DNA of 64,000 nucleotides from Candidatus Bathyarchaeota archaeon. GTDB taxonomy: Archaea; Thermoproteota; Bathyarchaeia; 40CM-2-53-6. A model generated the notes under the pieces. The model saw only the letters and a program-made list of their open reading frames with translations. It was not told where the DNA came from and did not search any database. Of this stretch, positions 19,611 through 30,209 are shown in pieces. The stretch spans positions 448,001-512,000 of the forward strand of contig CAVTBR010000003.1 in NCBI GenBank assembly GCA_963733055.1, written 5' to 3'. A program made the position numbers and the translations under genes. Within the stretch, counting starts at the first letter, position 1. Each line of letters starts with the position of its first letter.

Positions 19611-20912
19611 CTAGTCGAAACGATTCACTTCGATCAATTGCAAGGGGACGGGAACCCACTGAACGAATTGCCCCGTGAGCATTCTGGATTCTGGGAATAT
19701 GGGATTATAGGTTGTTGGAGCGATCTGTGCGGTGTTTTGTTCCGAGCCTATCCCCACCCAATTTACGTATGTATAATTGTTAACGAGTGCTGAAAGGTTC
19801 GTAAAGGATTTGCCGGAATATTCGTAGAGCGAGCCGTGGTTCTTGAGGTATCCACCAATTATCCATGAATCTGGGGTGGCGGTTATTGTCAATACGCTGG
19901 ACGGGGGAGTCAAGTCTGTCGATGGCGGCTTAATTTCCTGCGTGAGATCTACAAAATTCTGAGCGGAGTATCTGACAAGCCAAGCCTGGCTGTTAGACAT
20001 CTGTGCTACGGGGACACCTCCGCCAATCATCCATTCTGCCCCGTTCCATGCGATCGCATTAACTATGGCGCAGCAAGTGCCGCTTAACTTTAGAACCGAA
20101 TCCAGTTTGCCCGTTAGGTCCGTGAATGTGTGACCGTCATAAGCCGCTAAGAAGCTCTCCCCTCCGACGAGCCAATAATATCCATTCCAAGCAACCGCTT
20201 GGATAGACCCAAAATTGGAGACGGACGGACCGATTTGATCTGATAGGTCTACTATTTTGGATCCGTCGAACGAGAACAGCACGCCGTTCTCGTCGTATCC
20301 TCCTCCAACCAACCAGTACTGGCCATTCCAAGCGTTAGTGTACAAAATCGCGTCTCGTTGCCGAGGAACCCATGAGGAAAGATCTGTGAAGTCGTAGCCG
20401 TCGAAGGTTGAGAGGGACATGTGGTTTCGTTGCTGGCTGCTGAAAGAAGGCAACACGCCAGACCCTAGTCCCGACAGTAACCATTCTCTGCCATTATAGC
20501 TAGCCGCGAAAACATCTCCGCCGTGCCACGACGACTCTGCATCATATTGATTTAGCGATCCGGCCAGCACTTGGTTCCGTCCATCGTAAAGGTAAATGTA
20601 TGGATCGGACCCATTCGGCCCATCATCGTCACCCCAACCCGACACTAGCCATTGGGACCCATTCCATCCACCAGCCCATACCGTTCCTTGACTATGGACG
20701 GGGTTCAGAGACGTAACGGAGTAATTGGAGAGTTCGACCCGCTCAAGCCGAGGCGCCTGACCATTCTCAAACCATGTACCATTCTGCCCGCCGACGAGTA
20801 CGTAGCTTGAATTCCTCATCGATGTTCCTAATACGGGAAGGATTCTAGCCGATGGGATGGCTAGCGCTGTGATAGTGACGACGATGACGAAAGTGGATAG
20901 GGCAGATCGCAC
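19611..20912 (-). CDS. Secreted beta-propeller-like repeat protein
   Basis: Signal peptide; about seven repeats of (W/Y)NGxxWL(V/I)GG ... YDGxxFxDL(S/T). Confidence 0.7.
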   Translation of the reverse strand: MRSALSTFVIVVTITALAIPSARILPVLGTSMRNSSYVLVGGQNGTWFENGQAPRLERVELSNYSVTSLNPVHSQGTVWAGGWNGSQWLVSGWGDDDGPNGSDPYIYLYDGRNQVLAGSLNQYDAESSWHGGDVFAASYNGREWLLSGLGSGVLPSFSSQQRNHMSLSTFDGYDFTDLSSWVPRQRDAILYTNAWNGQYWLVGGGYDENGVLFSFDGSKIVDLSDQIGPSVSNFGSIQAVAWNGYYWLVGGESFLAAYDGHTFTDLTGKLDSVLKLSGTCCAIVNAIAWNGAEWMIGGGVPVAQMSNSQAWLVRYSAQNFVDLTQEIKPPSTDLTPPSSVLTITATPDSWIIGGYLKNHGSLYEYSGKSFTNLSALVNNYTYVNWVGIGSEQNTAQIAPTTYNPIFPESRMLTGQFVQWVPVPLQLIEVNRFD

Positions 20913-21264
20913 TGTGATTCACGTTTGAGATGCTGTTCCGGCTGCCGAACGTACTCGCAGCTAGGATTAGGCGATTTATAAGACAAATGGATGATTGATC
21001 CGGTGAAAGTAACACGAAACAGTTTACTAGTCTTGACCTCCTATTAACAGAGCAGGCAGGAAAAATCGCAGGTTGAGTTTTGGGCTTGTGAAGACATGCG
21101 ATAGTGCGAAACAACTTGTGCTGCCTGTGTGCACTCAGATTGCGACAGATTCTCGCAGAGTAAATATGGTTCCGCCCAGTCGTGATAGAATAGGCAAAGC
21201 GACAAATAGCAATGCTTGCCTTCATTCCACCTTCCGAACACACTTACCTTAGGAAGCGAGATGC

Positions 21265-22288
21265 GTGAATCCGTTTCGCTACATACTGCGAAGACTTCTC
21301 TTCGGTGCCCTAGTTCTAGTTGCGGTCATAACCGTCACGTTTGTTTTGTCGCGTAGTTTAGGTGGTAATACGGTGGTTGCCTGGCTCGGAAAGAGCGCGA
21401 GCATTCACCCAGAGCTTGCCGCCCTCTATGCCAAGAAATATCATCTCAACGATCCAATTCCAGTTCAATACTACTATTACATACTGAATCTGATCCAAGG
21501 AAATCTGGGTTTTTCACCTTCACGTGGCTTCCAACCGGTCGCTGAAGTTATTTCGATAACCCTTCCATTCACTATACAGATAGCGTTCTTCGCCTTCGTA
21601 ATTTCACTCGCTCTTGGAATTGGGCTGGGAGTTTTGTCGGCTAAATACCAGCATAGGCCATTGGATACATGTATTCGGGCTTTCTACCTTGGGGGTTACT
21701 CTTCACCACCATTCTTCATTGCTTTGATCCTTCTAATTGTATTCGCGTTCACGTTCCGCATTCTGCCCAGCGGAGGCGCCTTCGATCTTGCACTGACACC
21801 TCCGACCGCCATCACCGGCGTTCCGATGGTAGACGCTGCAATCGAGGGCAACGGACCGTATTTTCTAAGCTCTCTTCAGCACGTAATCCTACCAAGCGTT
21901 TCGCTGGCGCTGGTCACCTTTGGGGTGCTCACGAGGGTTTTGAGGAGTTCAATGCTTGACGTAATGCACTCGAACTATATTCGAACGGCTAGGGCCAAGG
22001 GTCTCGATGAAAATACTGTCTTTTTCAAACACGCACTTAAGGAACACGATGATATCAGTAGTAACGATCTCCTCCCTGATGGTAACTTGGCTGATAACGG
22101 GAACGATATTCGTAGAGAACATCTTTGGTTACCCGGGGATGGGACAATACCTGGTTACCGCATTATCGGCAGAAGACTACCCTGGGATATTGGGAGTTAC
22201 AATAGTATTCGCTGTGGTCATAGTAGCCACGAATCTAATCGCCGACATCCTATATGCAGTCGTTGACCCCCAAGTAAGGTTAGGTTGA
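21265..22288 (+). CDS. Opp/Dpp-family ABC permease B; +1 frameshift near 22040
   Basis: YILRRLL, GNLGFS, YIRTARAKGL; second frame gives HALRN...FVENIFGYPGMG...DILYAVVDPQVR. Confidence 0.9.
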
Positions 22289-22337
22289 ATCACTGCTGAA
22301 CTCAACTGTCCGTCTCAGAATTCTCGGCCTGCTCCAA

Positions 22338-23162
22338 TTGTTCAGAAGGAGCAAAGAGGCAATTATCGGAGGCATAATCGCCTTGGGGTTTCTGCTCATG
22401 GCTGCGGCAGTTACGATAGCAGACCTACTGAGAGTCAGAATCACTCCGTATGATCCTATCCAACAGAATGTTGGTCCAGCCCTGGCTCCACCTTCCCTCC
22501 TCCACCTGATGGGCACGGACATTCAAGGACGCGACTTGTTAAGCCGCATCATAGTAGCCACACCGAATGATGTCTCTGTCAGTCTCGCGGTCGTAGGCGT
22601 TGCATTGGCGGCGGGAGCAATCATAGGTTCAGTAGCAGCATTCCACGGAGGACTCCTCGATGAGGCGCTGATGAGATTCACGGACGTGGTATTCGCACTA
22701 CCCGCTCTTGTTCTCGCTCTGGCAATTGGGGTTACATTGGGTCCAGGAGTGACGAACATGATGGTCGCCTTGATGATAATCTGGTGGCCACCATATGCGA
22801 GGTTGGCAAGAGGAGAAGCTCTCAGAGTTGCTCATCAGAATTACATCGAGGCAGCTAGGCTGTCGGGGATGGGAACGGCGAAGATACTGGTCAAGCACGT
22901 ATTCCGAAGTATTCTCGTGACGATGCTAGTCTACGCAACACTAGACATTGGAACCGTCATACTGGTCTATTCAGGGTTAAGCTACCTAGGCCTCTCAGTT
23001 AGGCCACCTCAACCCGACTGGGGAGAGATGGTGAGCTCCTATCAGGATTATCTGATTACAGCACCCTGGCTCCCCATCATTCCGGGATTCATTATCGCTT
23101 TGGGCGTGATAGGGTTCAGTTTGCTCGGCGACGGGATACGCGACGCCCTTGAGGCTAGATGA
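22338..23162 (+). CDS. Opp/Dpp-family ABC permease C
   Basis: HLMGTDIQGRDLLSRI, YARLARG, LSYLGL, PDWGEM, LLGDGIRDAL. Confidence 0.92.
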   Translation: MFRRSKEAIIGGIIALGFLLMAAAVTIADLLRVRITPYDPIQQNVGPALAPPSLLHLMGTDIQGRDLLSRIIVATPNDVSVSLAVVGVALAAGAIIGSVAAFHGGLLDEALMRFTDVVFALPALVLALAIGVTLGPGVTNMMVALMIIWWPPYARLARGEALRVAHQNYIEAARLSGMGTAKILVKHVFRSILVTMLVYATLDIGTVILVYSGLSYLGLSVRPPQPDWGEMVSSYQDYLITAPWLPIIPGFIIALGVIGFSLLGDGIRDALEAR

Positions 23163-24246
23163 AATGGCGCCGCTCATAGCCGTACGAGACTTGACGATCA
23201 ACTATGCGTCAAGAGGAGGCGCAGTCACGGCACTCGACAGAGTAAGCCTCGACATCAAAGAAAACGAATTGATCGGAGTCGTGGGAGAGTCAGGGTGCGG
23301 AAAATCGACGTTAGCGCTAGCGATGATTGGCTTACTCCCAATTCCCCCCGCACGAGTACAGAACGGGGCTATTGAATTCAAGGGAACCGATCTCGTTCAA
23401 CTTGGACCCGCACGCATGAGAGAATACAGAGGCACACAAATCGCAATGATCTTCCAAGAACCCCTCAGCAGCCTCAACCCGGTTTACAAGATCGGAGATC
23501 AAATCGCTGAAGCAATCACAATCAAAAAGATGCGGGAACAGGGACACTCCACCGTCGATTCTGAAATAATGCAAAAAACCCACAAAATCGTCCCCCCTCG
23601 AACCTCAAAGCATTCCATAACCAAACGGAAAATCAATTCGGAGATCAAAGAAGAAACGATTGCCGCACTCAAGCTTGTGAGAATCCCAGATCCTGATCAA
23701 GTGATCGATCGCTATCCATTCGAGCTCTCTGGAGGAATGAGACAGAGAGTCATGATAGCGATGGCGCTTTCACAGGAGCCCGCCTTACTCATCGCGGACG
23801 AACCGACAACTGCGCTAGACGTCACAACACAAGCACAAGTCCTCAAGCTCATGAAGGAACTCATGAACAAAGTCAAAACAAGCATATTACTCATAACCCA
23901 CGACCTAGCGGTCGCCTGCCAAGTTGCTGACCGAGTCGCAGTCATGTATGCCGGCGACATTGTAGAATCCGCAAATGTCTACGATCTATTCTCCAAACCA
24001 CTACACCCATACACCCAGGGGCTTCTCTCTTGTCTACCCACTGGATCAAAACGCAAGATCGTCCTCAAACCAATTCCAGGATCTGTACCCGACCTCAGAA
24101 CCCCAATAATTGGATGTAAGTATGAAAGCCGGTGTACCTACGCAATGAAGTCGTGCTCGCAGAAGAAACCGCAGTTAATCGAAGTGGAAGCAAACCATCG
24201 GGTGGCATGCTACCTACACGGTGAGGCAAATGGAAGCAATACTTGA
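23149..24246 (+). CDS. Opp/Dpp-family ABC ATPase D
   Basis: GESGCGKST, LSGGMRQR, ADEPTTALD, HPYT, C-terminal Cys cluster. Confidence 0.95.
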   Translation: MRLDEMAPLIAVRDLTINYASRGGAVTALDRVSLDIKENELIGVVGESGCGKSTLALAMIGLLPIPPARVQNGAIEFKGTDLVQLGPARMREYRGTQIAMIFQEPLSSLNPVYKIGDQIAEAITIKKMREQGHSTVDSEIMQKTHKIVPPRTSKHSITKRKINSEIKEETIAALKLVRIPDPDQVIDRYPFELSGGMRQRVMIAMALSQEPALLIADEPTTALDVTTQAQVLKLMKELMNKVKTSILLITHDLAVACQVADRVAVMYAGDIVESANVYDLFSKPLHPYTQGLLSCLPTGSKRKIVLKPIPGSVPDLRTPIIGCKYESRCTYAMKSCSQKKPQLIEVEANHRVACYLHGEANGSNT

Positions 24247-25210
24247 AACAACTGATTTGAAGAAATATTTCCCTATTCAACGTGGCATCAACCCATTCTC
24301 AAAGGCTAAGAAATTCGTCAAGGCCGTTGACGGGGTCGACATGACCTTGTGGAAGGGAACAACGCTGGCAGTTGTGGGAGAATCAGGATGCGGTAAGACA
24401 ACTTTGGCGCGGACGATTGCACTCCTCACCAAGCCGACAAGCGGAAATGTAATCTTCAACGGGAAGAGCATCGTTAACAAGAAAACGGACACACGTGTAG
24501 TATACAGGGACCTACAAATCGTCTTCCAAGACCCTGAATCATCCTTAGACCCAAACATCACGGTGGGTGCCTCGATCGGAGAACCACTGTTCGGTTTGAT
24601 GAAATGGAGTAAAGAGGAAGTTGACAGAGCGATCAAGAAGAGCCTAGAGGTCGTGGGCCTTTCTCATGACGTTGCAGACCGCCTGCCTGGGCAACTTAGT
24701 GGAGGACAGAAACAGCGGGTCGCGATAGCCCGCGCGATTGGGCCGCAGCCGAAACTTGTTATCCTCGACGAGCCCACAAGCGCGCTTGACGCGTCCGTCC
24801 AAGCGCAGATCCTGCGCTTACTTCTGGAACTTCAGAAGGAGTATTCCCTCTCCTACATGCTGATAACCCACAACATTGCAGTGGCGGAGTACTTGTCGGA
24901 TTTCATGCTGGTTATGTATTCAGGCGATGTCGTGGAGTACGGTCAAACCGAAGAAATCATGGCTAAACCACGGCATCCATACACGATAGCTCTAATTTCT
25001 TCAGCCCCAATCGCTAACCCTTGGAAGAGGAATTTACTTCAAGTCGATATTCGAGGTGAGGTACCCAGCGCAATCGACCCTCCCAGCGGCTGCAAGTTTC
25101 ACCCACGCTGCCCCTACGCCGAATCTATCTGTTCTCAGGAACGGCCGAAACTCAGAGAAATCTCACCAGGACGGCTTGTTGCCTGCCATTTCGCCGAGAA
25201 AACCGCATAA
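24221..25210 (+). CDS. Opp/Dpp-family ABC ATPase F
   Basis: GESGCGKTT, LSGGQKQR, LDEPTSALD, GCKFHPRCP. Confidence 0.95.
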   Translation: MRQMEAILETTDLKKYFPIQRGINPFSKAKKFVKAVDGVDMTLWKGTTLAVVGESGCGKTTLARTIALLTKPTSGNVIFNGKSIVNKKTDTRVVYRDLQIVFQDPESSLDPNITVGASIGEPLFGLMKWSKEEVDRAIKKSLEVVGLSHDVADRLPGQLSGGQKQRVAIARAIGPQPKLVILDEPTSALDASVQAQILRLLLELQKEYSLSYMLITHNIAVAEYLSDFMLVMYSGDVVEYGQTEEIMAKPRHPYTIALISSAPIANPWKRNLLQVDIRGEVPSAIDPPSGCKFHPRCPYAESICSQERPKLREISPGRLVACHFAEKTA

Positions 25211-25337
25211 CCCTCCACCCTGCGACTCTGGCCCGCAGACAATTCCATACACTTGGCAGCTCAACGAATATGTGTTGTATATATTGTCCGAATCCATCCA
25301 GACAAATTGTTAAATAGATTTACCCCAACCTAATTTC

Positions 25338-27239
25338 ATGTCAACTTTTAACAGAAAAGCAATAACCCGAGTACAAGCCGCCGTAGTTGTCGTAGTTATC
25401 GTCTTTGCAATAATAGCAGGCGCAGTATACACTTCAATGCAGCCGACCCAACCCAGTCAGATGTCAACTTCGGCAGCTCAAGGTGCATCAAAGACCATTG
25501 ATACGCTCACCATCTCAGCAGCATTTTGGCCCTTAGATGACCTCAATCAACTCTATTCTGAGGGGGAGCTACCGTGGCCGAGCCCCATGGCCTTCACAGT
25601 CTACCAACCATTAGTCACTATGAATATGAGCGCTGAATTTCAGCAAGGTGCTGTCCAGTTCCTACCGGGCTTAGCGACTTGGACCGTTTCCCCCGACGGA
25701 ACGACGTATACCTTCAGTTTGAAACAGAACGTAAAATTCTCTAACGGCGATCCACTCAACGCCTTCCAGGTGTGGGCGGAGGAGTATGGATTCTACTATC
25801 TCTCCGGCAACAGCACCGCGTGGCTAGAATCCTACGCCCTCTTCGATATGTCGAAAGTGAACTTCGGCCCCGCAACAATCGCCCTAATGACGAAGAGCGG
25901 CCTCATCAACCCAACTCAGGACCTGCTCAACATAATGATGAACAGCGCTTGGCCCATTTACGTAACCGATCAAAACACAATCGTATTCCGTATAGTCGCG
26001 CCATTCGTCTGGTTCCCCGGAACCCTCGTAGTCTACAATGGGCTGATCTATGATACCCAGTGGCTTCTCCAGAACGGAGGCTTCGGAACCCCCACCGCAT
26101 ATAACTCATACTTCAACCAGCACCCGATCCCAGGAACCGGCCCATATGTGGTCTCAGGGATATCGGAGAACTCCTACGTGAAATTCTCCCAGAACCCGAC
26201 GTATTGGGGCGCGAACATGACCGCTGACGAGATCGCTCAACAACCATTATTCGACCCCGGACACGCGCGAAACGTGATCGTCAACTACAAACCCGACGAC
26301 GTTGCAAGATACACGGACCTATCCACAGGCGCTGCTCAAATCGCAGACATAGAAACGCCAGACTGGAACCTGATAAGCCAAAACCCGCAAACATATTCCT
26401 ACTTCAAGCCCCCGGCCTGGAGCGGCGAAGTTGCGCTGTTAGGCCTGAACACTCATGAGTACCCCACAAACATCACACTCGTAAGACAGGCAATAGTGCA
26501 CGCCCTTAACTACACTGACATTGCAGCGAAGGCGTACGGCGGAGCACTCTCCTCCTATGTGGGCCCTGAATACCCATGGTGGAAGGATTACTACGATCTA
26601 GGCAACTACCCAGCATACCAATACAACCTAACCTTAGCCAACCAACTCCTAGCTGAAGCCCATATCACAAACATGCCCACATTTCTACTCAGGGTCGAAA
26701 GCGGATGTCCGTTATGCGTTAACGCGGCGCAAGTCATGCAATCTGATCTAGCCATGATAGGAATCAACGTTAACATTGCAGTAATTCAACCAAGCCTATA
26801 CAATACTCAGCTGGGATCTTACCAGACTAATGTTGCGAACGCGGCACAGCTTGGTCAACTTGAATACGTGAACTCAGGTTTTGGTTGGGGCCCTGCAACG
26901 GTTACTCCAACAGACTACTGGGTCACCTTTGTGAGCAATCAATCGGTTTGGGGTAACTACGCAGCATACTATAACCCAACAGTACAGAAAGCCGTGAACG
27001 CCTTCTTCACTAACAGCTCCAACCCAGCCTATCTACAATCATTAGTGAAGGACGCCCAGGGGCAAATCTACAATGACGCTCCATACGCGTGGCTGGGCAC
27101 ATTCGGCCTCTGGTTACCTTGGGGAGGCTCAATCGTCTGGAAGACCGGCGTCATATCTGGCTTCCTCGTCGACCCAGTGTGGACCGGACAAGCCACGGAA
27201 CCAATCTTCAACACAGTGACCTTCGGCCCCAACGCGTAA
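25338..27239 (+). CDS. Family 5 ABC substrate-binding protein
   Basis: PGLATWTVSPDGTTYTFSLKQNVKFSNGDP, GTGPY, VRQAIVHA; N-terminal RKA|I plus hydrophobic stretch. Confidence 0.9.
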   Translation: MSTFNRKAITRVQAAVVVVVIVFAIIAGAVYTSMQPTQPSQMSTSAAQGASKTIDTLTISAAFWPLDDLNQLYSEGELPWPSPMAFTVYQPLVTMNMSAEFQQGAVQFLPGLATWTVSPDGTTYTFSLKQNVKFSNGDPLNAFQVWAEEYGFYYLSGNSTAWLESYALFDMSKVNFGPATIALMTKSGLINPTQDLLNIMMNSAWPIYVTDQNTIVFRIVAPFVWFPGTLVVYNGLIYDTQWLLQNGGFGTPTAYNSYFNQHPIPGTGPYVVSGISENSYVKFSQNPTYWGANMTADEIAQQPLFDPGHARNVIVNYKPDDVARYTDLSTGAAQIADIETPDWNLISQNPQTYSYFKPPAWSGEVALLGLNTHEYPTNITLVRQAIVHALNYTDIAAKAYGGALSSYVGPEYPWWKDYYDLGNYPAYQYNLTLANQLLAEAHITNMPTFLLRVESGCPLCVNAAQVMQSDLAMIGINVNIAVIQPSLYNTQLGSYQTNVANAAQLGQLEYVNSGFGWGPATVTPTDYWVTFVSNQSVWGNYAAYYNPTVQKAVNAFFTNSSNPAYLQSLVKDAQGQIYNDAPYAWLGTFGLWLPWGGSIVWKTGVISGFLVDPVWTGQATEPIFNTVTFGPNA

Positions 27240-27252
27240 TCCGCATACAAAA

Positions 27253-27294
27253 CAGTACGGCCACTCAACTGACCGTACTGCCTTCCGATTTTTT
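27253..27294 (+). terminator. Hairpin plus T-tract after the substrate-binding protein gene
   Basis: CAGTACGG-N12-CCGTACTG followed shortly by TTTTTT. Confidence 0.5.
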
Positions 27295-27736
27295 CCGAGC
27301 CGTCAATTTCGTGACCCTCACCTGAACGGAGCGTTTTATCGCTAAGGTATCGAATCCGAACCGAGTTCTATGAAGATAGGGTGCTGTGCGGCACATGCAA
27401 CAATTTCAGCAGCAGTGGTAATCTAACAATAATCTTAACCGTTGAATGGGTTCGGCGACACGCGTGACAGTTTCTTGAAGATAACTGACCTGAAGTCGAC
27501 GATTGTGGCGGTGCCGCTAACTCAAGCTCATCCGTCATCATTAGACGTAGTCGGCCGAACACCATGCCTATCAGTAATTGTTGAGGTCAGGACTGACTCA
27601 GGTTTGGTCGGCATTTGGTGAGTCCCGATAATTACTGGAGCTGAAGTTTGCAAATCAATGATAGACGCCGTAAAGCCCATACTGGTAGGCAGCGATCCTT
27701 TCATGAAGGCAATGAAATCAGACCGAAAGGCGAATT

Positions 27737-28825
27737 CTAAGTTCTGGCTCCCCTCGCATCAATACTAAGACTTGAGATTATCTCATCGCCCCGACAAAAG
27801 TGAATTCTGTCCCAGAGATCGATGAAAGGGCAGATGTGGTAAGGGATGAATTCAAGTTTCTCCCCAAGCTCAGCTCTTAACTTACCTTCCCGAGACCTGA
27901 GCACGGCATGTTCCTCTGAAAGACCTACGATTTCACCGTTGATGTCCTTGAGAGGGCTGGGAAACCTGCCTTGATCGGAGGAGAAACTCTTCGACCCTGC
28001 ATCGATCACCGCCTGTTCGCTTGATGGTTTGCTCATCACTGTTCCGATAAGCGTAACAGCACAATCGGACTTTGGAACCCCTCGCTCATACTGCATCACA
28101 TCATTGTATACGTACGCGCCGGGTTCTAGTTCGGTAACGTCCGCCAGTTCAGCCCAGATTGGCGCCGAAGGAGTTCCGCCAACTGAAACAACATCAACCT
28201 CCATTCCCTTACCTCTGATTTCATGAACTGCTTTCTGAACAACCTTGTTGGATTCCATCACAATCTTACTGCGTTCAGCGTTACCTAGAGGCTTGAAACT
28301 ATGCCCGTCATAACCCATGACCCCTACGAAATACAGGCTCGGAGATTTCGAGGTTAGGTTGGCCAGCGTTCCAGCCCTCTCAGGGTCAACGCCGCACCTG
28401 TGCATTCCAACATCCACATCAACGTAGATCCCGATTTCAACGCCATGTGAACGCGCTGACCGCGAGAGCTGCTCTACGCCCAGTTCCGAATCAACAGCTA
28501 CAGAAATCTTCGCCATCGAAGCTAGAGCTGCCAACCTGTCAGTCTTCTGTACCCCGATTACTTCGTTGCTTACGAAGACATCCCTAACTCCATGCTTCAC
28601 CATTACCTCGGCCTCTTCCGTCTTTTGCACGCAGATTCCAACCGCTCCAGCTTCTACTTGCCATAGCGCGACCAAAGGAAGCTTGTGAGTCTTGGCGTGC
28701 GGTCGAAGTTTCTTACCATTGGCGTTCGCGAGTCTCTGCATTCTTTCAATATTGGCCCTTACCTTGTCGACATCAGCTACTATGAACGGGGTGTCGAGAT
28801 CCTCCTTCCGCATAAACAAAGCCAA
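27737..28825 (-). CDS. DSD1/D-threonine aldolase-family PLP-dependent enzyme (fold type III)
   Basis: LDTP, LRPHAKTHK, GMHRCGV, MGYDGH, GGTP, IDAGSK, LSEEHA, PYHICP. Confidence 0.9.
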   Translation of the reverse strand: MALFMRKEDLDTPFIVADVDKVRANIERMQRLANANGKKLRPHAKTHKLPLVALWQVEAGAVGICVQKTEEAEVMVKHGVRDVFVSNEVIGVQKTDRLAALASMAKISVAVDSELGVEQLSRSARSHGVEIGIYVDVDVGMHRCGVDPERAGTLANLTSKSPSLYFVGVMGYDGHSFKPLGNAERSKIVMESNKVVQKAVHEIRGKGMEVDVVSVGGTPSAPIWAELADVTELEPGAYVYNDVMQYERGVPKSDCAVTLIGTVMSKPSSEQAVIDAGSKSFSSDQGRFPSPLKDINGEIVGLSEEHAVLRSREGKLRAELGEKLEFIPYHICPFIDLWDRIHFCRGDEIISSLSIDARGART

Positions 28826-29078
28826 CTCGGACCGTGGTTAACTCGATAGGTGAATGGCGCCTATTCCTCTCAAAATACATTGTGGCCTCTTGACTGCGTC
28901 CACGAGACCAGCGAGGCAGAAAAGGAAATTCCCTGGCTAGTGCAACCTCTTCTCATCGAAGTAGAACCGGTCCACCTCACGGTCAAGAATTGTGCGTGCC
29001 TCTTAAATCCAGACCGCAGATTGAGAGCCTGCGTTGTGAAGCAGATGAAGCCAGACATGGGAGTATATTACGAGATGC

Positions 29079-30185
29079 TTGACGCCGCTAGCTGTAGCGC
29101 CGCCCTCTCTTTCTTTCCTATCAGGAACCTGGCCTGATGTCGAGACCTGGAAGTCGAAAGCTAGGGCAAAGGCTCTCGAATTGATCGCTTTCAAGCCACC
29201 AGAGGTTCAACTAAACGCATCAACCGGAGCCCGCCATCATGAAGACGGAGTGGTTGTGGAGGAAATTTCTTACGACATGCCATATGGACCTCGGGCCAAC
29301 GGCATCTTCCTCTATCCGAAAGACGCTGGAAGCAAATTGCCGGCGATCGTAGCTCTTCACGACCATGGCGAATTCTTCTATTATGGCAAGGAGAAGCTTG
29401 TGAGCTTTCCAAACGAACCCAAAATCCTTCACGAATACAGAGACAAGTATTATGGTGGCAGGGGCTGGGCGAAGGAGCTCGCTAAAAGAGGATTCGCCGT
29501 TTTGGCGGTTGACAGCTTTCTTTGGGGAAGCCGAAAGATTCCGATTGACTCCGTCAACGAGGAATTACCAAAAGAGTTTGAACGGCTGGACTCCAAAAGT
29601 GAGGAGTACATTCAGAGGTATAATGAATTCTGGGCAAGGAACGAATGCATTCTGGTTGTCGACTCGATTCTCAATTCGGGGACGAGCTGGCCTGCGATCT
29701 TTGCATACGAAGATAGGCGAAGCGTAGACTACTTGGTAAATCGACCAGAGGTGGATTCGAACCGAATCGGATGCGGAGGGTTGTCGATGGGTGGCCTACG
29801 TACCATATTTCTAGCCGGATTGGACGAGCGAGTGCGCTGCGCATTCTGTGTGGGGTTCATGACCACGATGCGCGGGGTGCTTCGCAACCACATCAGGTGC
29901 CCGCCTGGACATGGCTTACTCATGTATGTTCCAGAACTTTTCAAATTACTGGACCTGCCTGATGTAATTGCGATACGTTCACCGGCACCCCTCATGGTCC
30001 AATATAACGAAGAAGACGAACTATTCACTCCCGAAGGTCAGCACCAAGCAGACCGCAAGATTATGGGCATCTACTCCAAGAGCGGCTACCCAAACAACTA
30101 TGTAGGTAAATTTTACCCGGGCCCGCACAAATTCAACGTAGCAATGCAAGAAGACGCATTCAAGTGGTTAGAAGGTTGCCTTTAG
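29079..30185 (+). CDS. Alpha/beta hydrolase (dienelactone hydrolase/acetylesterase-like); true start may be about 29045 via a +1 frameshift
   Basis: PAIVALHDHG, LAKRGFAVL, RIGCGGLSMGG nucleophile elbow, DELF, GPHKF. Confidence 0.85.
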   Translation: MTPLAVAPPSLSFLSGTWPDVETWKSKARAKALELIAFKPPEVQLNASTGARHHEDGVVVEEISYDMPYGPRANGIFLYPKDAGSKLPAIVALHDHGEFFYYGKEKLVSFPNEPKILHEYRDKYYGGRGWAKELAKRGFAVLAVDSFLWGSRKIPIDSVNEELPKEFERLDSKSEEYIQRYNEFWARNECILVVDSILNSGTSWPAIFAYEDRRSVDYLVNRPEVDSNRIGCGGLSMGGLRTIFLAGLDERVRCAFCVGFMTTMRGVLRNHIRCPPGHGLLMYVPELFKLLDLPDVIAIRSPAPLMVQYNEEDELFTPEGQHQADRKIMGIYSKSGYPNNYVGKFYPGPHKFNVAMQEDAFKWLEGCL

Positions 30186-30209
30186 GTGATACAAGTGGCT
30201 AGGTTTTGA

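Noticed and set aside
27300-27736. ncRNA or gene in the ~440-bp gap, including ORF 27368..27565
   Set aside because: No recognisable RNA motif, expression signals or protein family.
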